A DNA stretch of 24,000 nt from Shewanella sp. KJ2020 (GCF_024197625.1 NZ_JAKUKD010000032.1:271716-295715); one strand, 5' to 3'. Counted from the first letter of the stretch, positions 1-6,853 are shown. Made by a program: numbers and translations. Notes: generated by a model from the sequence alone, not told the origin.

Positions 1-448
1 GCACTGCACCATCTTCAACATCGATTTTCAGGGTATTCCATGCAAAGTCAGGGTCTAAATTGCTTAGCAGGATACTCGGGAAGTGGATATCTTCCATTGG
101 CACACCGACTTGGTACATTTGCGATAGGTAAGACCAACTACCTTTTAGAAAGAGTCCACAGTAGGTTAAGCAAATTAAGGCTGTAATTAAGGATGTGATC
201 TTCTTAGCCTTAGGTGGCAGGTTTTTCACAAAGGCATCTACACCAATGTGCGCACCGACTTTTACGCCATAGGACATGCCAAATAACACAAACCAACCAC
301 AGAGGGTTAATGTGAGTTCTTGGATCCATAAAAAACCGGAATTGAAGAAAAATCGGGCTACGACCTCGGTAAAAACGAGTAGTGTCATTAAGGTGATCAA
401 TAGATTGAGCACACCTTCTTCAAAGTAACCAAAAATTCGCGATATCAC
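1..448 (-). CDS. dctQ: TRAP transporter small permease subunit (DctQ family), N-terminal part; continues beyond window start
   Basis: The minus-strand frame is open from GTG at 446-448 to the window edge, with a GAGGGG Shine-Dalgarno-like run 7 nt upstream. My translation, VISRIFGYFEEGVLNLLITLMTLLVFTEVVARFFFNSGFLWIQELTLTLCGWFVLFGMSYGVKVGAHIGVD..., is hydrophobic and DctQ-like. It lies directly downstream of dctP. It is absent from the ORF track because it is truncated by the window edge. Confidence 0.8.
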   Translation of the reverse strand, partial: MISRIFGYFEEGVLNLLITLMTLLVFTEVVARFFFNSGFLWIQELTLTLCGWFVLFGMSYGVKVGAHIGVDAFVKNLPPKAKKITSLITALICLTYCGLFLKGSWSYLSQMYQVGVPMEDIHFPSILLSNLDPDFAWNTLKIDVEDGAV

Positions 449-470
449 AGCTGTACCCCTCGCTCAAATA

Positions 471-499
471 CCGCTTAACCCCGGAATAGAGTTAAGCGG
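471..499 (-). other. Intercistronic stem-loop between dctP and dctQ (9-bp perfect stem, 11-nt loop)
   Basis: CCGCTTAAC (471-479) is the exact reverse complement of GTTAAGCGG (491-499). It sits in the 61-nt gap between the dctP stop and the dctQ GTG. No U-tract follows on the minus strand, so it looks more like an mRNA-stability or partial-attenuation hairpin than a full terminator. Confidence 0.4.
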
Positions 500-509
500 C
501 TTATTGTCA

Positions 510-1532
510 TTATTGTTTATTTGCTGCAACAGCGGCTTCAATCACATCTTTACCGACTTGATCTTCAAACTTAGCCCAAACTGGCTTCATTACATCGACC
601 CATTGTTGGCGTTCAGCAGGTGTTAAAGTCACTAGGGCAGAGCGTTTAGAATCAAGGATTAACTTCTTATCTTCGTTGTCTTTCTCGGCCGCGATTTTAT
701 TACCCAAGGCAATGGATTCATCTAATGCTTCTTTGATGATCTTACGTTTGTCAGCGGGTAAGCCTTTCCAGAACGCATCAGAAGTCACGACCATGTAATC
801 TAAGACACCATGGTTACTTTCAGTAATATGGCTTTGAACTTCATAGAATTTTTGTGAGTAAGTGTTAGACCAAGTATTTTCTTGACCATCGATGGCGCGG
901 GTTTGTAGCAGGGTGAACACTTCAGAGAAAGGTTTTTTCACTGGGATGGCACCGACGGCATCAAACTGAGCCGCTAAAACGTCAGAGGCCATAACACGGA
1001 ACTTAAGACCCTTAGCATCGGTAGGTTGCTTCAGCGGGGTATTGGCAGAGAATTGTTTCATACCATTGTGCAGATAGCCTAAACCGACAATTCCCTTGCG
1101 GCTCATAGAGTTCAGCAGCGTTTGGCCTGCTTCACCTTGTTGGAAACGGTTTACAGCGTCCATATCATTAAATAAAAATGGTAAATCAAATACTTGTAGA
1201 CGTTTAGTGTAACGCTCAAATTTAGAGAGTGAAGGGGCCACAAATTGCACATCGTTTAACAAAAGTGCTGCTAACTCATTGTTATCCCCAAATAACTGTG
1301 AGTTAGGGAATACGCTGACAGTGTATTCACCCGGTAAGCGTTGCTCGACTAGTTCTTTAAATTTAAGTGCCATTTGGCCCTTTGGGGTATTTTCCGCAAC
1401 AACGTGGGAAAATTTGATTTCAACTGGGGCGGCGAACAGGTTAAAGCTAGTTGCGAACACCGAGGCGAGGGCGAGCATTTTTGCAACGGTTTTCAATGGG
1501 CGGGTGATTCCAATCTGTTGATTTAATGTCAT
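510..1532 (-). CDS. dctP: TRAP transporter periplasmic substrate-binding protein, DctP family (C4-dicarboxylate type)
   Basis: 340-aa ORF. The N-terminal signal peptide (...KMLALASVFATSFNLFA/APVEIKF) is followed by a DctP-family sequence (KFSHVVAENTPKGQ..., FDLPFLF, GLKFRV). AAGGAA Shine-Dalgarno lies before the ATG. dctQ follows immediately. Confidence 0.93.
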   Translation of the reverse strand: MTLNQQIGITRPLKTVAKMLALASVFATSFNLFAAPVEIKFSHVVAENTPKGQMALKFKELVEQRLPGEYTVSVFPNSQLFGDNNELAALLLNDVQFVAPSLSKFERYTKRLQVFDLPFLFNDMDAVNRFQQGEAGQTLLNSMSRKGIVGLGYLHNGMKQFSANTPLKQPTDAKGLKFRVMASDVLAAQFDAVGAIPVKKPFSEVFTLLQTRAIDGQENTWSNTYSQKFYEVQSHITESNHGVLDYMVVTSDAFWKGLPADKRKIIKEALDESIALGNKIAAEKDNEDKKLILDSKRSALVTLTPAERQQWVDVMKPVWAKFEDQVGKDVIEAAVAANKQ

Positions 1533-1640
1533 TTTGAGTTCCTTTTTCTGTTGTTAGGATTTGTCCCCAGTCTTGGTTAGTTTGTTACCAAGTGTGAGTA
1601 GGAATACAGCCTTGATTTCCCTGAGGTCTGTCTTACTAAA

Positions 1641-1657
1641 GGCAAATACCACGCCAA
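1641..1657 (-). promoter_or_regulatory. Candidate sigma54 (-24/-12) promoter for dctPQ
   Basis: The minus strand reads TTGGCGTGGTATTTGCC against the consensus YTGGCACGRNNNTTGCW. The GG and GC dinucleotides have the canonical spacing. It lies about 100 nt upstream of the dctP ATG. Confidence 0.5.
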
Positions 1658-1761
1658 CTTACGCAGCTTTCTGTAAGTGTTTGGTTACTAAAGTGTAGTT
1701 GATTTGATGTTTGTCACACTTTTAGTTTAATGGGTGAGATCTCGCTCACGATTATTTTGGC

Positions 1762-1783
1762 TTTGGGTGGAAATCCACCCAAA
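1762..1783. promoter_or_regulatory. 22-bp palindrome TTTGGGTGG-AAAT-CCACCCAAA, candidate enhancer-binding-protein site (UAS) for the dctP promoter
   Basis: Perfect 9-bp arms, centred about 118 bp upstream of the putative -24 GG. A second, smaller inverted repeat, GTGAG-N6-CTCAC, lies at 1734-1749, about 31 bp (three helical turns) away. Confidence 0.35.
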
Positions 1784-1969
1784 TGGTTATTTCAGCTTTG
1801 CTGATGAGTATTCTGTCATTGCTGATTAAGTAAGCGTAATTAGTTATTTTTAGATCAAAATGAGTTTAAAAAATGACTGAGTTTAAAAGGTTGATGCCCT
1901 GGTTTAAGCGAGGAGAAAGCCGTATTGAAGGAAATAATATCTAGCTCTGAGTTATAGAGCGTTGAAAAA

Positions 1970-2200
1970 TCAGTCGTCGTCAGCGCCTATGCGTTTAAGA
2001 ATTGCATCGCTCGGAAGCAGTTCTAAGTGGCCGCGTTCATCGAAATACCAACCTGTGATATAGCCTTTTTGGCGCATGCTCACCAGATTCTGCATGACTT
2101 CCCGCGCTTCCTTTAGGGCGGTTTGCTCATCGCAGGCGTGGGTGTGTTTTAGGTAAGCCGCAATATGGGTTAAGGAGGCGGATTGGCTGACACTGGCCAT
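1970..2200 (-). CDS. Small hypothetical protein (76 aa)
   Basis: The ORF-track frame 1970..2254 starts at a TTG. The internal ATG at 2198-2200 has a GGAG Shine-Dalgarno 9 nt upstream and gives MASVSQSASLTHIAAYLKHTH...ILKRIGADDD. I do not recognise a family. Confidence 0.55.
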   Translation of the reverse strand: MASVSQSASLTHIAAYLKHTHACDEQTALKEAREVMQNLVSMRQKGYITGWYFDERGHLELLPSDAILKRIGADDD

Positions 2201-2369
2201 AGTGTTGATCTCCAAGTATGCCAAAGGCAGAGTGTGATCAGGCAAGGGTTGCAATCGTATTTGGTATTTAACGGGAGTATTAAACGTGAAATAACCAATT
2301 AAATACGCGCTGATCTAGATCAAGCATAGTTGAGTCGGGCTGAGGGTAAAGTTTATGGGGGAAAAAGTA

Positions 2370-2445
2370 TGGTGGTCGCTACTGGGCTCGAACCAGTGAC
2401 CCCCTCCTTGTAAGGGAGGTGCTCTCCCAGCTGAGCTAAGCGACC
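2370..2445 (-). tRNA. tRNA-Val (anticodon UAC), copy 1 (promoter-distal)
   Basis: 76 nt on the minus strand: GGTCGCTTAGCTCAGCTGGGAGAGCACCTCCCTTACAAGGAGGGGGTCACTGGTTCGAGCCCAGTAGCGACCACCA. The cloverleaf folds by eye. Anticodon loop is CTTACAA and CCA is encoded. Confidence 0.95.
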
Positions 2446-2471
2446 TGGGATAAATTGAGTATTGCAGAATA

Positions 2472-2547
2472 TGGTGGTCGCTACTGGGCTCGAACCAGTG
2501 ACCCCCTCCTTGTAAGGGAGGTGCTCTCCCAGCTGAGCTAAGCGACC
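2472..2547 (-). tRNA. tRNA-Val (UAC), copy 2
   Basis: Identical to copy 1, at the 102-bp period. Confidence 0.95.
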
Positions 2548-2573
2548 TGGGATAAATTGAGTATTGCAGAATA

Positions 2574-2649
2574 TGGTGGTCGCTACTGGGCTCGAACCAG
2601 TGACCCCCTCCTTGTAAGGGAGGTGCTCTCCCAGCTGAGCTAAGCGACC
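2574..2649 (-). tRNA. tRNA-Val (UAC), copy 3
   Basis: Identical to copy 1, at the 102-bp period. Confidence 0.95.
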
Positions 2650-2675
2650 TGGGATAAATTGAGTATTGCAGAATA

Positions 2676-2751
2676 TGGTGGTCGCTACTGGGCTCGAACC
2701 AGTGACCCCCTCCTTGTAAGGGAGGTGCTCTCCCAGCTGAGCTAAGCGACC
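2676..2751 (-). tRNA. tRNA-Val (UAC), copy 4
   Basis: Identical to copy 1, at the 102-bp period. Confidence 0.95.
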
Positions 2752-2777
2752 TGGGATAAATTGAGTATTGCAGAATA

Positions 2778-2853
2778 TGGTGGTCGCTACTGGGCTCGAA
2801 CCAGTGACCCCCTCCTTGTAAGGGAGGTGCTCTCCCAGCTGAGCTAAGCGACC
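2778..2853 (-). tRNA. tRNA-Val (UAC), copy 5
   Basis: Identical to copy 1, at the 102-bp period. Confidence 0.95.
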
Positions 2854-2879
2854 TGGGATAAATTGAGTATTGCAGAATA

Positions 2880-2955
2880 TGGTGGTCGCTACTGGGCTCG
2901 AACCAGTGACCCCCTCCTTGTAAGGGAGGTGCTCTCCCAGCTGAGCTAAGCGACC
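2880..2955 (-). tRNA. tRNA-Val (UAC), copy 6
   Basis: Identical to copy 1, and the last unit of the perfect 102-bp repeat. Confidence 0.95.
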
Positions 2956-3002
2956 TGGGAATTCTTACATACACAAGGCTAAGTCATTATTCATATGATG
3001 AA

Positions 3003-3078
3003 TGGTGGTCGCTACTGGGGTCGAACCAGTGACCCCCTCCTTGTAAGGGAGGTGCTCTCCCAGCTGAGCTAAGCGACC
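3003..3078 (-). tRNA. tRNA-Val (UAC), copy 7 (T-loop variant)
   Basis: Same sequence as copy 1 except that the T-loop is TTCGACC instead of TTCGAGC (position 59). The flanking spacer is unique. Confidence 0.93.
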
Positions 3079-3109
3079 TGGGAATGACTTATACAGTTAA
3101 AGCGTTATA

Positions 3110-3185
3110 TGGTGGTCGCTACTGGGCTCGAACCAGTGACCCCCTCCTTGTAAGGGAGGTGCTCTCCCAGCTGAGCTAAGCGACC
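3110..3185 (-). tRNA. tRNA-Val (UAC), copy 8
   Basis: tRNA body identical to copy 1, with unique spacers. Confidence 0.95.
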
Positions 3186-3233
3186 TGGGATATAACGGCT
3201 TGTAAACCATAACATTATTATTTAATAAAGCTA

Positions 3234-3309
3234 TGGTGGTCGATACTGGGCTCGAACCAGTGACCCCCTCCTTGTAAGGGAGGTGCTCTCCCAGCTGAGC
3301 TAATCGACC
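3234..3309 (-). tRNA. tRNA-Val (UAC), copy 9 (promoter-proximal, acceptor-stem variant)
   Basis: The acceptor stem is GGTCGAT/ATCGACC instead of GGTCGCT/AGCGACC. This is a compensated change at pair 6:67, so the helix is kept. Confidence 0.93.
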
Positions 3310-3326
3310 TCGCTGTGTGGAGCCGT

Positions 3327-3354
3327 ATTATAGGGAGGTTCGATCTAGTGTCAA
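3327..3354 (-). promoter_or_regulatory. Sigma70 promoter of the tRNA-Val array
   Basis: The minus strand reads AAAAAGCG-TTGACA-16 bp-TATAAT-ACGGCTCC. The -35 box is at 3349-3354 and the -10 box at 3327-3332, both matching consensus. An A-rich UP-like stretch lies upstream. The first tRNA 5' end is 17 nt after the -10. Confidence 0.75.
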
Positions 3355-3655
3355 CGCTTTTTAATGAAAAAAGCATTGGTCGCGCTATTTTTGTTCGCAT
3401 TGGCTTATTGTTAATCACGCCATCAATCAAAGTGTTACTTTATTAAGCCGTTAAGATATTGAATAGCTTTCCGTTACTTGTTGGGTCGCCAGCTTAATAA
3501 GTGAATTGGTGATTGATTAGTATTGTATTGCCCAGACTTTTGGACTGATTTTCAGTGAATAGGATGATGGCCTATATAAAGGTTGCTTATATAAAGGAGG
3601 CGTGACTTGGTAGGGGGATTTTATGAGATATATGCTGCTGGCCTGTATGGCCCAT

Positions 3656-3683
3656 TTGCAGCGCAGACTTTGACTGTTAGAAT
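3656..3683 (+). promoter_or_regulatory. Possible gltX promoter
   Basis: TTGCAG (3656-3661), 16-bp spacer, TAGAAT (3678-3683), about 60 nt before the gltX ATG. This is a pattern match only. Confidence 0.3.
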
Positions 3684-3745
3684 AAGCGCACTTTTTACTG
3701 TGATTGTCTTTATCTAGACGACTTTATATAGGTTAGTGTCCCATT

Positions 3746-5170
3746 ATGACAACTAAGACGCGTTTTGCCCCTAGCCCAACAGGCTTTTTGCACGTGGGCG
3801 GTGCCCGTACTGCACTTTATTCTTGGTTACAAGCCCGCGCCAATAATGGTGAGTTTGTATTACGTATCGAAGATACGGATATTGAACGTTCGACTCAAGC
3901 AGCTTGCGATGCCATTTTAGAAGGCATGAATTGGTTAGGTTTGACTTGGGACGAGGGCCCGTACTATCAAACTAAGCGTTTTGATCGTTATAACGAAATC
4001 ATCGCGCAAATGTTAGAGCAGGGCACGGCATATAAATGTTATTGCTCGCGCGAACGCATCGATGCCTTAAGAGAGTCACAAGCAGCAAATGGTGAAGCGC
4101 AAAAATACGATGGCTGCTGCCGTGATTTGCCAGCGCGTGTTCTGTCAGCGGGTGAGAGTGACGAGCCATTTGTGGTGCGTTTTAAAAACCCTATCGGCGG
4201 TTCAGTGGTATTTGATGACCATGTCCGTGGCCGCATTGAATTCTCAAACGATGCATTAGATGACCTGATCATCGCCCGTACCGATGGCGTGCCGACCTAT
4301 AACTTCTGTGTCGTCGTAGACGATTGGGATATGGGGATCACTTGTGTGGTACGTGGGGAAGATCATATTAATAACACCCCGCGCCAAATCAACATCCTTA
4401 AAGCGCTTGGTGCACCTATTCCTGAATATGCCCATGTATCGATGATTTTGGGTGATGACGGCGCTAAGTTATCTAAGCGTCATGGTGCGGTGAGCGTCAT
4501 GCAATACCGTGATGATGGCTATCTACCCGAAGCACTGCTCAACTATTTAGTGCGTTTAGGCTGGTCACACGGCGATCAAGAAGTTTTCTCTCTCGAGGAA
4601 ATGAAGCAATACTTTAAGTTAGACGATATTAACAAGGCGCCTTCTGCTTTTAATACTGAAAAATTAGTTTGGTTGAACCAACACTATATTAAGACGCTCG
4701 ATCCTGACTATGTAGCTTCTCACTTACAGTGGCATATGGACGACCAAAAGATTGATACTTCAAATGGTCCTGCCTTATCTGCCGTTGTCACTGCATTAGC
4801 TGAACGCGCTAAGACCTTAAAAGAGTTGGCCGCCTCTAGTCGCTATTTTTATGAAGACTTCGCAGAGTTCGATGCTGAGCAGGCGAAAAAGCATTTACGT
4901 GGTGTAGCACTTGAGCCATTACAATTAGTACAGCAAAAGTTAGCCGCATTACCTGAGTGGACTGCTGAGGCGATTCATCAGGCGATTGAAGATACTGCGA
5001 CTGAATTAGAAGTCGGTATGGGCAAAGTGGGTATGCCATTACGCGTTGCTGTCACTGGAGCAGGGCAGTCACCGGGCCTTGATATTACGTTATTTTTAAT
5101 TGGAAGAAGCCGTTCTGAGCAAAGAATATCCAAAGCGATTGAATTTGTAGCAGATAGAATAAATTCCTAA
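3746..5170 (+). CDS. gltX: Glutamate--tRNA ligase (glutamyl-tRNA synthetase)
   Basis: 474-aa ORF. Class I signatures are present: HIGH-type [14 protein letters not shown] and KMSKS-type KLSKR. It aligns by eye with E. coli GluRS along its full length, including the CYC...C zinc motif at residues 98-127. Confidence 0.97.
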   Translation: MTTKTRFAPSPTGFLHVGGARTALYSWLQARANNGEFVLRIEDTDIERSTQAACDAILEGMNWLGLTWDEGPYYQTKRFDRYNEIIAQMLEQGTAYKCYCSRERIDALRESQAANGEAQKYDGCCRDLPARVLSAGESDEPFVVRFKNPIGGSVVFDDHVRGRIEFSNDALDDLIIARTDGVPTYNFCVVVDDWDMGITCVVRGEDHINNTPRQINILKALGAPIPEYAHVSMILGDDGAKLSKRHGAVSVMQYRDDGYLPEALLNYLVRLGWSHGDQEVFSLEEMKQYFKLDDINKAPSAFNTEKLVWLNQHYIKTLDPDYVASHLQWHMDDQKIDTSNGPALSAVVTALAERAKTLKELAASSRYFYEDFAEFDAEQAKKHLRGVALEPLQLVQQKLAALPEWTAEAIHQAIEDTATELEVGMGKVGMPLRVAVTGAGQSPGLDITLFLIGRSRSEQRISKAIEFVADRINS

Positions 5171-5178
5171 AAAACGAG

Positions 5179-5207
5179 TTGACACTTTTAGGTGTGCTGC
5201 ATAGAAT
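5179..5207 (+). promoter_or_regulatory. Sigma70 promoter of the tRNA-Ala/Glu array, with rrn-P1-like GC-rich discriminator
   Basis: AAAAACGAG-TTGACA (5179-5184), 17-bp spacer, TAGAAT (5202-5207), then GCGCCACG. From memory, E. coli rrnB P1 reads TATAATGCGCCACC. The -35 starts 8 nt after the gltX stop codon. Confidence 0.7.
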
Positions 5208-5274
5208 GCGCCACGCAGTTGAGACACAGGCGAGCAAATGCTTGCAGTGCACTTAAATGTAGTTTGATAAGTTT

Positions 5275-5350
<76 letters not shown>

Positions 5351-5411
5351 AACTTACCGCCATATTAAGCGGGAATTCCTTTAAAAGAGGTTCAAATTAA
5401 TATGTCCTTGT

Positions 5412-5487
5412 GTCCCCTTCGTCTAGAGGCCTAGGACACCGCCCTTTCACGGCGGTAACAGGGGTTCGAATCCCCTAGGGGATACCA
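5412..5487 (+). tRNA. tRNA-Glu (anticodon UUC), copy 1
   Basis: GTCCCCTTCGTCTAGAGGCCTAGGACACCGCCCTTTCACGGCGGTAACAGGGGTTCGAATCCCCTAGGGGATACCA. Anticodon loop is CTTTCAC. It is nearly identical to E. coli tRNA-Glu except near the 3' acceptor end (GAT-A-CCA versus GAC-G-CCA). Confidence 0.95.
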
Positions 5488-5595
5488 CTTATGTTTTAGA
5501 ACATAGGGTTTCTAGCAAATAACTAACGGGTTGTTTGGTAAGAACAAATCTAAAATTATCCGATAGACTGAATATCAGTCACATCGAAAGGTTTT

Positions 5596-5671
<76 letters not shown>

Positions 5672-5730
5672 AATTCGCCATATTAAGCGAGAGCTTCTTT
5701 TAAAAGAGGTTCAAATTAATATGTCCTTGT

Positions 5731-5806
5731 GTCCCCTTCGTCTAGAGGCCTAGGACACCGCCCTTTCACGGCGGTAACAGGGGTTCGAATCCCCTAGGGG
5801 ATACCA
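5731..5806 (+). tRNA. tRNA-Glu (UUC), copy 2
   Basis: Identical to Glu copy 1. Confidence 0.95.
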
Positions 5807-5884
5807 CTTTCATCCCAAATAACTAACGAGTTGTTTGAGATAAATAGCAAGACCTCAGTTATGAGGAAAAACATAAGTCCTTGT

Positions 5885-5923
5885 GTCCCCTTCGTTTCTT
5901 AGAAGAGTGTGCCTAGGACACCG
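5885..5923 (+). pseudogene. Truncated tRNA-Glu relic (5' third only, with altered D-loop)
   Basis: GTCCCCTTCGT-TTCTTAGAAGAGTGTG-CCTAGGACACCG. It matches tRNA-Glu positions 1-11 and the CCTAGGACACCG segment, but CTAGAGG is replaced by 16 nt. The sequence then jumps into Ala-to-Glu-type spacer (..GTTAAGCGGGAATT..TTCAAATTAATATGTCCTTGT). There is no anticodon, T-arm or 3' acceptor strand. Confidence 0.8.
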
Positions 5924-5982
5924 TAGATGTTAAGCGGGAATTTTTTGATATTAAAGAAAAGTTCAAATTAATATGTCCTTGT

Positions 5983-6058
5983 GTCCCCTTCGTCTAGAGG
6001 CCTAGGACACCGCCCTTTCACGGCGGTAACAGGGGTTCGAATCCCCTAGGGGATACCA
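5983..6058 (+). tRNA. tRNA-Glu (UUC), copy 3
   Basis: Identical to Glu copy 1. Confidence 0.95.
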
Positions 6059-6156
6059 CTCTATCCCTAAAAGATAGAGTGCTTCACAAATAGCTAACGA
6101 GTTATTTGTGGGGTAAAAGTAATACCTCGGTGATGAGGTTAAATATCAGTCCTTGT

Positions 6157-6232
6157 GTCCCCTTCGTCTAGAGGCCTAGGACACCGCCCTTTCACGGCGG
6201 TAACAGGGGTTCGAATCCCCTAGGGGATACCA
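6157..6232 (+). tRNA. tRNA-Glu (UUC), copy 4
   Basis: Identical to Glu copy 1. Confidence 0.95.
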
Positions 6233-6310
6233 CTTTCATCCCAAATGACTAACGAGTTGTTTGAGATAAAAAGCAAGACCTCAGTTATGAGGAAAAACAT
6301 AAGTCCTTGT

Positions 6311-6350
6311 GTCTCCCTTCGTTCCTTAGAAGAGTGCGCCTAGGACACCG
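6311..6350 (+). pseudogene. Truncated tRNA-Glu relic, second copy
   Basis: GTCTCCCTTCGTTCCTTAGAAGAGTGCGCCTAGGACACCG. It is a paralog of the relic at 5885-5923, with a 1-nt insertion and a few substitutions, and has the same junction to Ala-type spacer. Confidence 0.8.
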
Positions 6351-6409
6351 TAGATGTTAAACGGGAATTTTTTGATATTAAAGAAAAGTTCAAATTAATA
6401 TGTCCTTGT

Positions 6410-6485
6410 GTCCCCTTCGTCTAGAGGCCTAGGACACCGCCCTTTCACGGCGGTAACAGGGGTTCGAATCCCCTAGGGGATACCA
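6410..6485 (+). tRNA. tRNA-Glu (UUC), copy 5
   Basis: Identical to Glu copy 1. Confidence 0.95.
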
Positions 6486-6563
6486 CTTTCATCCCAAATG
6501 ACTAACGAGTTATTTGAGGTAAATAGCAAGACCTCAGTGATGAGATTAAACATCAGTCCTTGT

Positions 6564-6639
6564 GTCCCCTTCGTCTAGAGGCCTAGGACACCGCCCTTTC
6601 ACGGCGGTAACAGGGGTTCGAATCCCCTAGGGGATACCA
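6564..6639 (+). tRNA. tRNA-Glu (UUC), copy 6
   Basis: Identical to Glu copy 1. Confidence 0.95.
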
Positions 6640-6737
6640 CTCTATCCCTAAAAGATAGAGTGCTTCACAAATAGCTAACGAGTTATTTGTGGGGTAAAAG
6701 TAATACCTCCGTGATGAGGTTAAACATCAGTCCTTGT

Positions 6738-6813
6738 GTCCCCTTCGTCTAGAGGCCTAGGACACCGCCCTTTCACGGCGGTAACAGGGGTTCGAATCCC
6801 CTAGGGGATACCA
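6738..6813 (+). tRNA. tRNA-Glu (UUC), copy 7
   Basis: Identical to Glu copy 1. Confidence 0.95.
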
Positions 6814-6853
6814 CCTCAACTAAGGTTAATCGCTAGCGTTAGTTGAACACAAT

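Larger units (their letters stand above)
2370..2960 (-). repeat. Perfect tandem repeat, 102-bp unit (76-nt tRNA-Val plus 26-nt spacer), about 5.8 copies
   Basis: The spacer TGGGATAAATTGAGTATTGCAGAATA and the tRNA body repeat without a single mismatch, by direct reading of lines 2341-2960. Confidence 0.95.
5807..6813 (+). repeat. Higher-order modular repeat within the tRNA-Glu array
   Basis: Module [78-nt spacer x, Glu relic, Ala-type spacer, tRNA-Glu] occurs at 5807-6058 and again at 6233-6485 (offset 426-427 bp, a few substitutions). Module [98-nt spacer y, tRNA-Glu] occurs at 6059-6232 and at 6640-6813. The Ala-spacer-Glu module occurs at 5275-5487 and 5596-5806. Confidence 0.85.

Noticed and set aside
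1856-1890. Motif AAAATGAGTTTAAAA, repeated locally (1858-1872 and, in partial form, 1879-1889) and similar to AAAATGAGTTTGAAAA at 7197-7212
   Set aside because: It is AT-rich and short, with a mismatch. My rough estimate is that about one such match is expected by chance in 24 kb, and the flanks share no similarity.
2315-2974. 219-aa minus-strand ORF with a striking 34-aa repeat (YPRSLSSAGRAPPLQGGGHWFEPSSDHHILQYSI x6)
   Set aside because: It is simply the translation of the tandem tRNA-Val genes and their identical spacers. The periodicity (102 nt = 34 codons) equals the tRNA unit, and there is no ribosome-binding site.
3218-3430. 70-aa minus-strand ORF
   Set aside because: It runs through tRNA-Val copy 9 and its promoter and contains the same SSAGRAPPLQGGGHWFEPS tRNA-derived peptide. 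It is spurious.
3607-3717. Short upstream ORFs before gltX as an attenuation leader: a 36-codon frame from TTG at 3607 after AAAGGAGG, and a 16-codon frame, MRYMLLACMAHLQRRL, from the ATG at 3623
   Set aside because: There is no enrichment of Glu codons and no alternative terminator/antiterminator structure. The best gltX promoter candidate lies inside or downstream of these frames.
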